DNA from: Eledone cirrhosa | Lineage: Eukaryota | Length of the DNA stretch: 64,000 nucleotides | Reading direction: 5' to 3' | Assembly (NCBI GenBank): GCA_964016885.1 | Contig: OZ024755.1 | Coordinates: 8,804,001 to 8,868,000, forward strand | Shown: piece after piece, positions 43,421 to 57,465 of the stretch | How positions within the stretch are numbered: the first letter of the stretch is position 1 | Layout of the letters: every line of letters starts with the position of its first letter | Translations under genes and position numbers: made by a program | Notes under the pieces: generated by a model | Seen by the model: only the letters and a program-made list of their open reading frames with translations | Databases searched by the model: none | What the model was told of the DNA's origin: nothing

Positions 43421-45016
43421 AGTTTCTAGGCTCTCAAATATTCTAAACCACAGCTAAACAAAGCAGTCTAACATTTTGTGTCTATCCTTATTGAGACACC
43501 CAGTGTCCTACATTTTTTCGTTTTGTTATTATGATGCCATAAATGTTCTTACATTATATATGAGATAATGTTACCAAAGTTGACTTCGAAGGTATTTGAA
43601 CTCAAGGTGAAGTTAACCGTGAGAAATACTGAACTATTTAATTCGAGTCTCTAATGACTCCTCCATTTCACTGCCTATATATCAATAAATTCGTCTTTAA
43701 CATAGCGTCATACTTCCCATCTGATATCTCAATAATTTTTCAACCATTTGTTTTTTTATTCCTGTAATTATTATTATCGTATTTACTGTTTTTGTTTAAA
43801 ATTTAATTGATGGTGCTTTCGTAATTTTAATTTCCGTTATTTGATATTCATCAGAATTGCTCTGTTATTTCCCACCCATTATAATTGATTAACTTTCGGA
43901 TTCATGACGTAAATAGTGAAATGTTTACGTTGATATTACAAACGTGGGTGGAATGGATTCTGTAGAGCATGAGAGCAAAATGATTTGCGGTATTTGCTTC
44001 ACCTTATTATTTTCTGAGATCAAATCCCGCCGTGGTCAAATTTGCCTTTTATCTTTTCGGTATTTGATACAATGAAAGAGCCTTACCATTGTAAATGTGA
44101 GTGTCTGTGTATGGGAGTGGTGTTTGTGGGTATGTCTCTGTATATGTATGTTTGTCTCTCTGTGTTTGTCTGTGGGTGGGTATGCGTGGATGTAGATGGA
44201 TGTGTATTTGTGGATTAACATATATTTAGTCTTGATTCATCTCAACATGTTACCTCGCTGTCACCACTCTATTCGTGTACTTCAGATTCGTTCATGCTCA
44301 TCAGCAGTCGCTTTCTAACATTGTCACACTGATATATATGAAAGACTTTCAATTTAAAATTTTAAAGACTTTATCATTACAGAATTCTCTTGAAAGATTG
44401 TTTAAGTGTAGTGCAAACTTCACAAGCTAATACTAATTAACGATACCACTGTCTAGCAAAGTAATGGCATGTACTGCAAGTAATATATATTTCGGGAATT
44501 TCAAATTTCAATATGTCCCAGTAACTGTCAGTGTCGTATCTCGATACTTCAGTCTTTGATATAACTTGGAATTGTTTTGGCTATATATAGGAAATATAAT
44601 TTTCCTTGGAAAATATAGTAATTGATAATTATAATACCATTAGTGTATTTTTGACCTGAAGTGAAGGATGGTGTTGGGAGTGGGTTGTTAATTAGATGGA
44701 AGTTTATTCTTAGGGATTTCAGTAACGGAGAAAGGGTGTGGGGTGACGGTGCGTGATTGATTGTCTGGGTTCTTGGAAGGGGAGGAGCGTCGATGAGGAT
44801 GATTTGCTCATAAATGTTTTGATATGGAGGGTGGTGAACAAAGATGACGGACCTAGCCAGATAGAGGGATAGAGGGCAAAGCATTGAAGTGTAGATTATT
44901 GCGGAAGTGGAAGAGGTCGTTAGCAAGATACACATACATACATACCTCAAAAACAAACGTATACATACATATATATATATATATAATATATATAATATTA
45001 TATATACTATATATAT

Positions 45017-45068
<52 letters not shown>

Positions 45069-45904
45069 GAGAGAGAGAGAGGGTGGGAGGGGAGAAGAGA
45101 TATGAGTACACAAATAGACAAGCAAACACATCAATAAATTAACTAATTAATTCATTCTTTCATTGATTGATTGATTAATGAGTTCATAGAGGTTATTAGT
45201 ATGTTATTTAGTGCGTTGGTCAGTATAAAAAACTGAATAGTTCATTGTACTGGGGAGGACTTCAAGATGTCAGTTTAATTCCTCTGTCATAAGCTTTGAT
45301 TGTTGTATGTGTTTGTGTGTATGTATATATGTATGTGTGTGATTTATGTGTATTTTGTTTGCATATATATCTTTGTTGTATGAGTTTTTTATGTGTATAT
45401 CAATTTATCTTGTGTGTCATTAAATTTAGTACCAGTCATACGTTTGGGTCTGTTCAGTACACTGCCTTATCAAATGTGTGATTCTCTGTTAGATTATTTT
45501 GATTATATCTAACAACTATTTGATTAAGGAGACGGTTTTGTTCTTTGAAGCGGATCTAGAGTAATTATTGATATATAATTTATCTCACCAAACACAACAC
45601 TTACTACACACACACACACACACACACACCTTCTTCCGCTTACTCAGGGGGCGTCATGGGGCCAGAAACTAGTGTCTCCGATTGATTTGGCTGGGTTCCC
45701 AAACCGAGTTCATGGATATTATCCAAATACAAGTATTAAATATAAAAAATTCTAACCCTCCTAAAACTAAAAAGTCCAGCTGAGGGCACAAATAAATTGC
45801 TACGGCCGTCACTGGTGTGAGTTCCTCACTACCGATAGCCTGAGGCAATTGTCCCATTTACACACACACACACACACACACACACCCCACCCCACACCCC
45901 ATTA

Positions 45905-46084
45905 AATCCGTCCTTGTGTGACAGGCTTCCAAACAGTTTTCCATCTACCCACTGTGACTTATAAGGCAAGAGTTGACAGGAAGCTATAGTAAATGACACT
46001 TGAGAAAATGCCACCTTCAGGGATAGAACCGGGACCTAATGTTTGCGAAGCGAACCTCTTAATCATTCGGTCGTGCTGTGTCCA
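45905..46084 (-). mobile_element. tRNA-derived SINE family C (decayed)
   Basis: Reverse strand GGACACAGCACGACCGAATGATTAAGAGGTTCGCTTCGC...GGTAGATGGAAAACTG; matches 63121 and 48928. Confidence 0.7.
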
Positions 46085-46360
46085 CATAATTGCAGCAATT
46101 ATAAAGTAAAATAATTAAGAAAAAACTAACAAGCCCCAGGTTAAATGTCTGTTACTCTGATATCGATTCGATCGTCAATTTCTTATTTTGTGTTGTCTTA
46201 AATACCGCTGTTAAATATCACTTCACAATAGAGTTTACATTTATTTTTAAATATTAATGTAGTTTCCTCATACCTTTTTTTTTTTTTTCGTTTGTCGAAA
46301 TTTAGCTGCAGGAATCGAATTCAAAAAGACCAAAACTGGTAGATGATACAGAAGTGAAGT

Positions 46361-46397
<37 letters not shown>

Positions 46398-46850
46398 TAA
46401 AGAGACTAAACTAGAAGAGGTTAAAAGATAAAAAGGACAAGAACAGTAGCACAACAACAACAATAGTAACAACAACAACAACAACGACAAAAACAATATT
46501 AGACGAAATGCTAAAAGCAAAAAGATAAGAAAGAAAAAGTGAGAGAGAAAAAAAAGACGAGACAGAAAGACTGTTGCATTAAATAAACTTCTTCGAATGA
46601 TGCCATTTGAAGATAAATACAATCGATAAATTTGATCTAGTAGTAATTATTACGCTCCAGATGGAATTCAATCCACGACGGAGGGATGCAAATGAAAATA
46701 ATTAAGAGTCCTAAAACTGTCTCACCTCAAGTTAGTCTCTTCTTATAATATTTATTCACCTCATCACCTTCCTGTTGTCCCTCCTCCGCACTAATATTAC
46801 TTATATAAGACGGGAAAACAGACATACAAATGCACCAAAATAGATATAGT

Positions 46851-46958
<108 letters not shown>

Positions 46959-47002
46959 TATATCATATGTTGGCTAAATACATACACATATATATATATA
47001 TA

Positions 47003-47166
47003 TAACGAATGAAGTGTGGTAAGGAACCAGGTGGACCATAACGCACCAGAGTACTCGATACTTTGGGTAGTTGAGTGGGTAATACGAAAATGTTCATGAG
47101 CTATAATACGTCCAGAAATAGCCATCGAAACGGCTTGAGCTCTGCCGTCAGGGTCCTGAACATTTT

Positions 47167-47170
<4 letters not shown>
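47003..47170. mobile_element. Second locus of the 33645 fold-back family
   Basis: Minus arm 47003-47096 (TAACGAATGAAGTGTGGTAAGGAACCAGGTGGACC..); plus arm with GAAA-CGGC..GCCG-UC (47127-47149) ending CCTA|(TA)n. Confidence 0.85.
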
Positions 47171-47247
<77 letters not shown>

Positions 47248-47865
47248 GTATAGTATTTCAAATGTTTTCCTTGGAGATTCGTTTTATAAGACCGACTAAT
47301 CTGTTTGTCATTTTCATTGGATTTTAGTCCCTACGTCTCGACTTTTAATTTGCTTTACTTCCACTCACTGACTATCAATTTGTGTGGTGCATTTCTTCGG
47401 AGTGTATTCCTTATATATTATATACACACATAGGTAGGTGTGTTGGGTGTATATCTATGCTTACATACACACATGTATGTTTAGATGTGTTTTTCATTGA
47501 CTTGACAGCTATACTCCAGTTTTATTTGTTGACTAAGAAATAGACTTCTGTTATAATCCTTTTTGTTTTAACTATATTAATATTAAGGATTATTGTTAAC
47601 ATCATTTTTTAGGTTGTTAGTTGCCGGTAGTATGTCCTGGAGTTAGATTCCCGCATTGGATTACATGTGATCTTGAACCAGACACTTTATTTCGCGTTGC
47701 TTCAGTCCGCCCAGCTGAGATCAGTACCAGTAACAGCTGGGGGTTAACCTTGCGACATTTCTCATCACATGAGACTGGGTTATTCTTCAGCCTGACATGT
47801 CGCTGGACTCAAGAAAGACCAATATAGTATAAGTCTGGATTCGAACTAGGGACTCTTATCCCCAA

Positions 47866-48112
47866 GTGAAGGCGTATGGCTTGGTGGTTAGTGCATTGGG
47901 CTTTCAATCGAAAGGTTGTGAGTTCAGTTCTTGGACCGGGTGATGTATTGTTTCCTTGAGCAAGACACTTTATTTCACGTTGCTCCAGTTTACTCAGCTG
48001 TAGAAATGAGAAAATAGGACTGGGTTCCCTATCATTAAATTACCCAAGACACCTCCGAGATATACCTTGGAGGAGGCCAGCTAAACCTGCATAGGTGGGA
48101 GCTTTCACACAC
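47866..48112 (+). mobile_element. SINE family B, complete insertion with TSD
   Basis: A/B boxes, CCTTGAGCAAGACACTTTATTTCAC box and (CA)n tail; TSD ACTCTTATCCCCAA at 47852-47865 and 48113-48126. Confidence 0.88.
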
Positions 48113-48927
48113 ACTCTTATCCCCAACCTAATTGACAAAATTGTTTGTTAGTTGGATAAAATACAGGGAAGTCCAAAATTTGAAACTTCTGGTGTATCTC
48201 TGGGCAACAAGATGGCTATCCGGGAGTTATTTATATGCATTTCTGGTCATTATGTTACGCTGATCCTCCTTTAGATTTGTGTTAATGGTACATGTGTCTG
48301 TGGAAAATATAGCCACATGCACTATAGGGGCTGAGATTATAGTTCAAGGAGCCAGTCCTGTCACATTGAAACTACGTGATTATTAAATTAACAGTGTGTG
48401 TGGATGAATGTGTGCGTGTGTGAGCATTTTATATGTGTGTGTGGGTGCGTGTGTGAGCATTTTATAAGTGTGTGTGGGTGTGTGCGTATAGAAAAAAAGG
48501 CATATTTAAAATCGTACCGAATATAAAGTTTAAAAAATATATATGACACCTTCCAGCAGAAATTGGTGAATATCATAAAATAAATGTAGAAAAATCGCAC
48601 AAAATATTCATTGAAACAGATAAAAACAGAAATACATACAGAATGGACTAAAACACTTGTAACGAACTACTGAAAATTAGTTGTTAATAAAAAGTGCGTT
48701 TGGTACTTTATATTCCATAAATAATGTGGTTAAACGTATTGCCTTGAGTGTTACCATAGATTATGGAGTTGAAGCCACTGAACTACTGAGACGTTGTTTA
48801 ACTGTCAAGTACCATTAACCAAAAGTATTTTAATGTTCTCATGAGACTAAACTCATTAACCCAATGTAAACGGAATTAGGAAGATTTAGTAAATTGACAT
48901 TTGATGAAATAATTAATGATGCAGTCG

Positions 48928-49078
48928 AAGACATTGCTGTGCGTTTCAACAGTTCACATCACATCCGTGTGGTTTCGAGGTCATTCCAGCTGTGTGACAA
49001 TTGTCTTTTACTAAATCCTCGGGTTCAGGAATGCTCTGGGGATGATATTTGGTAGACGAGACCTTGCAGAAACCCGTC

Positions 49079-49081
<3 letters not shown>
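48928..49081 (+). mobile_element. SINE family C (decayed) with (TA)n tail
   Basis: ...ATTTGGTAGACGAGACCTTGCAGAAACCCGTCGT followed by (TA)n. Confidence 0.65.
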
Positions 49082-49139
<58 letters not shown>

Positions 49140-49164
49140 TGTAATAAACAACATAAGATAATTA

Positions 49165-49224
49165 TTTCATTTACCAGTGGTTTCTTGGAAGCAAACAAAT
49201 CTGCTTTCAGTCATCAGAATGAAA
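49165..49224 (-). ncRNA. Type I hammerhead ribozyme
   Basis: Mirror of 49295-49354 with one stem II mismatch; predicted cleavage between 49172 and 49171. Confidence 0.8.
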
Positions 49225-49294
49225 AAATCCTGGTGTTTTTATTTTATTTAAAAACCTGTTTTTAAATCCACATTCAATAAAAACACCAGGATTT

Positions 49295-49354
49295 TTTCAT
49301 TCTGATGACTGAAAGCAGATTTGTTTGCTTTCAAGAAACCACTGGTAAATGAAA
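49295..49354 (+). ncRNA. Type I hammerhead ribozyme
   Basis: UUUCAUU-CUGAUGA-C-UGAAAGCA(GAUUUGUU)UGCUUUCA-A-GAAA-CC(ACU)GG-UA-AAUGAAA; predicted GUA cleavage after 49347; positions 10.1/11.1 are C.A. Confidence 0.85.
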
Positions 49355-49694
49355 TAATAATCTTATGTTGTTTATTACATAACTATTAAGCTATGTAACC
49401 TACATAGAGCACTCTTTTTTCCTGGACCTTTCCGACAGAATTACTTCATTCATACATATATATATATATATATATAGGTTAGTTTTCAACCTATTATTTG
49501 TATTTATCGTTGTTGTGGTATAAGTATGACTACTACCTACTGTAGTTTTTTCTTGTTGTCACACTTTATCAACTTTTGTTTTTACTCTGGAGGATAATGT
49601 ATTAACTTCTCGTTCCATTGAATTATTTGTGATTATCTCAAACAGTTCGATTCATACCCAATATTATATGTGTATGTATATGTATATATATATA

Positions 49695-49944
<250 letters not shown>

Positions 49945-51228
49945 TATCTACCTTTGTGCCAGTTGCTATGTTCCATACCTTCACTGTTCGGGAAAATGTG
50001 ACCCATAAAATGAGTGCCAGAATGAATAAAGTAATCTTCCAATATTCCTTCTGAATGAGAAACCTAACACTTCGTTATTGAATCTTGCCAGAAAATCAAA
50101 TCATTTACTTGTATTCTTAGAAATGTACCTAATACTTAACCAGGCAAATTTCAGCAACATCATATAGAGGTGTGGCTTTTAATAGAACTGTGAATGTGTA
50201 TAACAATACATTGGAATCTTATGTCCTCAAGTAAGCCATTAACGATAATAGACAGAGTAAAAACAATAGAGAGAAACGGAATAGAAACATTCCCAGGTTT
50301 AATCCTCCATTTTTATTAATGTGAGTGCGAATGTAAGCTAAACTTGCCTGCAGCTCGTAGAAGTTGTTTTCTAGTAGGTTATAAGCAAAGAACGTTTTTT
50401 AAGCAATTTTTGCTTTAAATAAGCTATTTGATTTTAACAAACTTTGCTAATGCTATAACAACTATGAAAAGTAGGAAAGTTATAAGTAATAAGCGTACAG
50501 GATATGTAAGAAGACAATATACTTCTCTTCCCTTATGTGCATGTCACTTTTTAATGGATATTGCCTAAAGGAATGTGTGATATATGTAGCCACAACAGTA
50601 TCTGTTGTTAACACAAATCTAGAATAGCGATAGAGACATTTTCAATAAACAGAGATAAATTTTACAATTTGATGGCTAAATTCCTTTTAGGGGTTGTTCA
50701 AATCTTAAAACAGGGCCGAGTGTGGTAACCCTTACACTATCAACTGAATCAAATTTTTCATTCGCTTAAATTTACTAGAATTTGCTTTCTGAGTAAACAT
50801 TTGGATGTCTGTTGACTCTTATGAGTTCCTCTGCTCTTTGACCAGTTTTATTTCTCCTCCTGTAAATTGTCCAGAAAATAACCCTCCTCACCAAGCTATC
50901 TTGATGGGGTTGCCTGTTTAGTCACCGTCGATCCGACCGTACAACAGGTTGTACCAGATTACATGTCATAAGTGAGACCTGACATATATAAAAACACAAA
51001 TGCATTTATACATACAGTCGTACATATAATTCTTTATTCTATTTACTTCCCTAGTTTATCTCTTTTCTTCCTCTCTCTCCGGATGTATGCATGTCTTTCT
51101 CTCTCACTATCCCTTTTTGTATGTTTATATATGTATATACATATATAGATAGATGTATGTATATAAATAGATGTATGCATCTATACATATAGATATATGT
51201 GTATGTATATATATATGTGTGTGTGTAT

Positions 51229-51341
<113 letters not shown>

Positions 51342-51458
51342 CATACACACATATATATATATACATACACATATATCTATATGTATACATGCATACATCT
51401 ATTTATATACATACATCTATACATGCATATATATATTGTGCGTACACATACATACACA

Positions 51459-51503
<45 letters not shown>

Positions 51504-51930
51504 ATATATATATACATGTTTGTGTATTTATTTGTACGCACAATATATACAGTAGCTATAATCAAGACAAAGGTCAACTGCAACAGTTAAGAGGTTCTTC
51601 AGAAGAATATAAAGTGAAAAATAAATATCTTATTGGTTTTCGAGAATATTCTTCATGGTCTTGAGAATGTATTATTGTTCACTGCATGATTAATATCTGC
51701 TGCAGGAAACACGTGACAGTTGTGTGTGTGTGTGTGTGGTGGTGGGGGGGGGGGGGGGGGGGTACTAGTAATTGTTGTAACAGCAGCAGTGGATATTGGT
51801 GATAGTAGTGGTCGTTGTAGTACTAATACGAGTAGTAGTAGTAGCAGCGTTATTTGGGGCTTTGGTGGAGATTTACAAAAACACTTTTATATAAGGATCT
51901 TGAATATACGCGTTTTCCTTTTAATAACGC

Positions 51931-52070
<140 letters not shown>

Positions 52071-52958
52071 GGCAGTGGCCCAGTATCGCCTCAGCCGGAT
52101 GGCTTGAACAGGTAAAAGAGTAAAAGAATATATATATATAAGTCTCGGTATGGGTATCTTATACTGTGATTATGTTACAGCTCATTCAGTAGTAGTGTTT
52201 CAGATTTTTTATCCATCTAATTCATCTATTCATCCATTGGACCTTTTCTCCTAATTGAGCCGTTGGTGAAAAGTCCTAGATGCACCATCAGAGGGCCACA
52301 TTCGTAGCAGCACTGTCTAAAGGACTATGTCAAAGAAGCACACTCCTGGGAAGTTTCGCCTTAGTGATCGCATTCCTCTTTAAGTTGGAATAGAGGTGAT
52401 ATATTCTAGGCAAAGTGTATGAGAGGAAGAGAAAAGGGATATAAAAACAGAATCGAATTCTGAACATGTTTGCTATTTTAATTATTGCTCTCGAAATGAC
52501 GAATAACAAATTTAATCTTGACGTGATCTGAACTCAAAGAGCGGAAGAAAGAACCGCAAATCATTTTAGTCGACGTTCTCCTGACTCTGCCACATAACCA
52601 TCTGTTCTGTTGCCTTTTAACATCATTTAATCATTTTCTTCAATGCTGTATTATTTTTAGTTATATTCTCGACACCAACACTTACCGAGCCAAAATGTCT
52701 CTCTGATAATAACAATATTAATTAAAAAAGAACATTTTCACGACTCTTTTATTCTGCAAATACTCTGTAATTATCAAACTGTCATCAATCTTAAAACTGT
52801 TCTCACATATAAAATAGTTATTACCTTTGTCTTTATTTTGTTTTGTTTTTTCTCTCCTGATTGTTGCTTCATTTTGTTCGATATTCGATATCATTATCCT
52901 ATCTAACAGATAGCTTCAAAGTTATTTGATAACGGATGTACTAATTAAACTCATCTTA

Positions 52959-53821
52959 TTAACCCCTTTCTTCAGTTCAACATTGCTCGTAGCAATCACA
53001 ATCTTTTCTACAAAAGGATCACTTGAAGCAATAAACTGTGATACAAATCTCCCTCCTTGTATTTCATACTATAACAAATTGGCAGAGGCGTTAGAGCTTA
53101 GAGCAAAATGTCTTGTCGTATTTGTTGCAGCTCTCTGATCTCGGAGTTCAAATCCCGCCGAGCTAAATTTTGCCTTTCATTCTTTCGAGATCAATAAAAA
53201 TTAACTACCTGTTCAGAGCGATCGATTAACGATGGATTAGCGGAATTGTCAGAATGTCGAGCGAGATGCCTTGTGGTATTTGTACCAAATATCTGCGCTT
53301 CAAATCCCACCGAGATCAAATTTGCATTTCATCATTTCGAACTCGATAAAATGAAGTAGAAGTAAAGGGTGGAATTATTGAAGCATTGGATGAGATGCGA
53401 TACTGTAGTTGTTCAGGTTATTTGCGTTGTGGGTTCAAATCCCACTGTGGCTACTTGGGTGATAGATTGAATCCGTTGTCCGGTTTAACTCCCCTATGGA
53501 CCAGTGAGGAACTTTCAGCAGAATTCACTTTGTTGCAAGAATTCACACCAAGTCTCCAGTTTGAGGATATCTTCCTAAGTTCTCAACACCACCACTTCAA
53601 TCGTAGAGCCCTTGAAAAGAGTATTGGATATTGCCCTTCCCCTACCCAAACCATTGAAAGAATATGTAACAAGTTAGATGTAAAAACATTCGAGGGTTTC
53701 CAACAGCTATGGAGTTCAAATGCTTAAAATGTTGGTTTGATAATAAGCTTTACATATGGAATAGTTATATGCAGAAACCATTATAAATGCTGACGGCAGC
53801 TGTGGACTTGAAAGGGGTTAA
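52959..53821. mobile_element. Possible piggyBac-like non-autonomous element with nested SINEs
   Basis: TTAA-CCCCTTTC ... GAAAGGGG-TTAA ends. Confidence 0.4.
53075..53450 (+). mobile_element. Three tandem decayed SINE A copies
   Basis: TTCAAATCCC(G/A)C B box at ~53147, ~53299 and ~53434, each preceded by a head-like segment. Confidence 0.7.
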
Positions 53822-54148
53822 GAGCTGTGTAACCATAGCAACTAAACTAAACCGTAAGCTGCAAGTGATAGACTTGCTATAGAAAAGCATTTATTATTAT
53901 TTTTTAATAGCATTGTCAACGTTTCAAGACAGGACGTTGTTGTGGTTGTTGTTATTGTTGGTTTTGATGCTGGTAGTGGTTGTGTGGTTGCTGGTGGTGG
54001 TGGTGGTGATGGTGGTAATGGTGTTGTAGCTGTTATTGTTGTTGTAATTTTGTTTGTTGTGGATAGTAGAGATGCGGATGGTATCGATGTTGTTGATTTT
54101 GTTATTGCTGTTGTTGCTGTTAGCGGCGATGGTGGTAATGGTGGTGGT

Positions 54149-54221
<73 letters not shown>

Positions 54222-55912
54222 TTGTGCTTGTATTTATGTGTATGTGTGTGTGTATATGTTTCTCCGTGTCTGTTATTAGGTTGGTGTTTATTTATATGCT
54301 CTGTAACTGAGCGGTTCGAGATAAAGGGATCAATAAAATATGTACAATGCTTTTAAGAGTTTTGTTATGATCGACCTAAAGGCCTTGAAGTGGATACCCC
54401 AGAATGGTCTCAGACCATTGACTGAAATCTGTAAAAGAAAAAGGTAAAGAAAACAACAATCCGAAGCCAAGATGAAGGAAAACCTGTTCGATTCTTGAAA
54501 GAAAAAAAAATCAGTTGTAAACATTTCTATATTTTCCTTTTCTCTCATTATATAAATTCTTCATTACAACATAAAAAGAATTTACACTTCCAACACACAC
54601 CAGTCCCAAAATTATAATATATGATTTAGCGTCTGAAGATTTCTTGGGAAGCAAAGGTTATAAGATTCCTATAAAACCCTTTCAATATGAAATGTCTGTA
54701 AAGCGGGGAAGGGTCGCTAATGTTCAAAACCATGATGTTATAATCATATTTGATAGCAATTCCATTTACAATTTCCTCTAAGAGGATTATAGCTGTTACA
54801 AACAGTAACTTGTGTTTAACTATATTTCATTTCACTAAGCTTATCTAGAAAAGGAAAGAATATTCGGAAAGGATTATCTCACCAAACAGTCGCAATGTTT
54901 GACCGTCTTGTATAACTTGGGAATAAATGTTGAAGTTTATCTGCTTTTTATTTCATGCATCCACCATTTTTCCACCATTTTGTTTGTAATAAAACACCAA
55001 ATAAAATATAGATCACACACCCATAATCTGTAGCTTTATTTAGATTCTATAATATCAAAATTGGTTTTCCTCCTACACTCTCTCCTCTACCCTCTTATTT
55101 TCATCATAGGCTGTCCCTTCCTTTCAGCTTAGATTCTCTCTTCTACTTTTCTCTTTGTTCTTCTCTTCTCCTTTTCCTCCTAGTCTTTCCATCCCTCTTT
55201 TTCTATTTCTTTTCGTTTACGCTTTCTCTTCTTCTTTTCGACTTAGTCTCTTTCTTCTTTCCCTCAGTTTGTTTCCTGCTATTTTCCTCTAAGTCAGTCT
55301 CTTCTCCTTTCTGTTTTTAATCTTTCTCATCACCTATTTCTTCCAGTCTATCTCTATTCTATTTCTTCTTAGCATAACTCCTCTGATTTTCCTCCTAGTC
55401 TATCCTCCTCAACTTCCTTTTCTCCTGCTAATCATTGTTTAATGCTACAACGTACTATTCTTCTTGAATTCCACATCTTGAAATAAGAAATAAAATATCT
55501 TTAAAGGGATTATTCCTCAACAAGAACAACGCGTTTAAACCGAAACTATATTAAGCTGAATTATTATAATAACACAGTTATATGGAAACAATCTATAAAA
55601 TTATACTGAGCCTGTATACCATTAACAAATAATCTTAAATTTTGATCAAAGAGCAGATGACCAGTTTGAATGAAACCTTATACAAATGTCACATAAACCG
55701 CATTGCAGTGGAAGCGTCTGTCTGGAATCGGTTGTGTTGGAATCTGGTTATTGCCAGAGAGTAATTCCAACTCAATTGATTCTATCTTATGATCTTATAT
55801 ATAATCTTTGCTACAAATATACTTCAGGAATCTTGAAGTGAACACGTGTGCTGGCAACATGCTCCTCCCAATGTATATGTATATATATATATATATATAT
55901 GTGTGTATATAC

Positions 55913-56003
<91 letters not shown>

Positions 56004-56456
56004 GAGATCAATATCTCCAGAGGTACTAAGTATCCCTGGAAATATATAGGGTGTCTATGATACAGTGGTTGTTCTATAGTATTAATTTGACATACTAGAA
56101 CTCATAAAATTCTCCATTATGTAGAGAACAAATCTGTTGTTTTATATAGCTGATATTTTTAGTGGCGTGATAGACAACACGTCTATGTTTACTTCCGCTT
56201 CTACTAAGGGCTGGTTCATGTATAGGTCAAATTTACGGCCTCATTCGATCCTGTATTAGCTGGCAGGTGGCAATATATTTTGCCGTTCCTGGGACTTTTG
56301 TCCTCGGTAGGGAAAATGCTTTCTGAAGATCTAAACATTTCCAATCTTTTGTTCACTGAAACCATCGGTAAAAGCAAATGGAATAGGTAAATATTTAAAT
56401 TATATTTTTTTATTTATTTTAAAAAATTTGTTTGAATATTACTTGCTCCGCTATCT

Positions 56457-56499
<43 letters not shown>

Positions 56500-56505
<6 letters not shown>

Positions 56506-56783
56506 TACAAAGATCGGAATTAAGAGTATTCCGCAGTTCACTGTAATAATAATAATAGAATTAGCTCAAGGAAGGATAGAGAATTTCCTTCTGAGCTCAA
56601 ATTCAAGTATATATTACACAAAGAGAAGTGTGTTACACAGTGAGATGTGTGTAAAGAATTATTACGGGTGGTTTTACCGTTACTGTATAGGTAAAATATA
56701 TACAGTAACGGTAAAATCACTCGTAATAATTCTTTACACACATCTCACTGTGTAACACACTTCTCTTTGTGTAATATATACTT
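56500..56783. mobile_element. Fold-back insert in (TA)n, no recognisable hammerhead core
   Basis: 85-bp arms 56605-56689 and 56699-56783 with a 9-nt loop. The left side continues ~105 bp to (TA)n. Confidence 0.8.
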
Positions 56784-56874
<91 letters not shown>

Positions 56875-56885
56875 TATATATATAT

Positions 56886-56950
<65 letters not shown>

Positions 56951-57071
56951 TGTATATTACAGGTATGTATATGTGTGTGTAAACGTTTAATGATAAGGCT
57001 TTAAATCGAGATTGTTCTCGCTGAAATCAGCTACCGGAAGTTTACATAAGTTAATCGACTACAAACATATC

Positions 57072-57140
57072 CTTTGCTTAAACTTTAATCTCTACTAATA
57101 ATAAATATTTGATTTGCTCTTCGTATTTATTATTACCGTA
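57072..57140 (+). mobile_element. Diverged 3' fragment of the CAGAAGA-hammerhead family
   Basis: CTTTGCTTAAACTTTAATCT...AATAAATATTTG...TATTTATTATTAC followed by (TA)n. Confidence 0.55.
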
Positions 57141-57150
57141 TATATATATG

Positions 57151-57243
<93 letters not shown>

Positions 57244-57289
57244 AGAACGGATGTAGATACAACGATAGATTTATAGACAGACAGACAAA

Positions 57290-57322
<33 letters not shown>

Positions 57323-57429
57323 CATATATACAGATAGATAGATAGATAGATAGATTTCTTTATTTACCATAGATAGATAGATAGATAGATAAATATATAG
57401 ATAGAGAGATAGATAGATAGATAGATAGT

Positions 57430-57465
<36 letters not shown>

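Larger units (their letters stand above)
49133..49455. mobile_element. Fold-back insert in (TA)n with one hammerhead per arm
   Basis: 111-bp arms 49133-49243 and 49276-49386, nearly identical; 32-bp spacer containing hairpin ATTTAAAAA(CCTG)TTTTTAAAT. The right side continues to ~49455. Confidence 0.9.

Noticed and set aside
45645-45813. Possible MITE with CAGGGGGCGT...CCGTCACTG ends
   Set aside because: Terminal repeats too degenerate and no TSD.
53386-53727. 113-aa ORF of normal-looking composition
   Set aside because: Starts inside a SINE at a non-ATG codon; no recognisable motif.
54625-54680. CUGAAGA with short hairpins
   Set aside because: CAAA instead of GAAA and no stem I.
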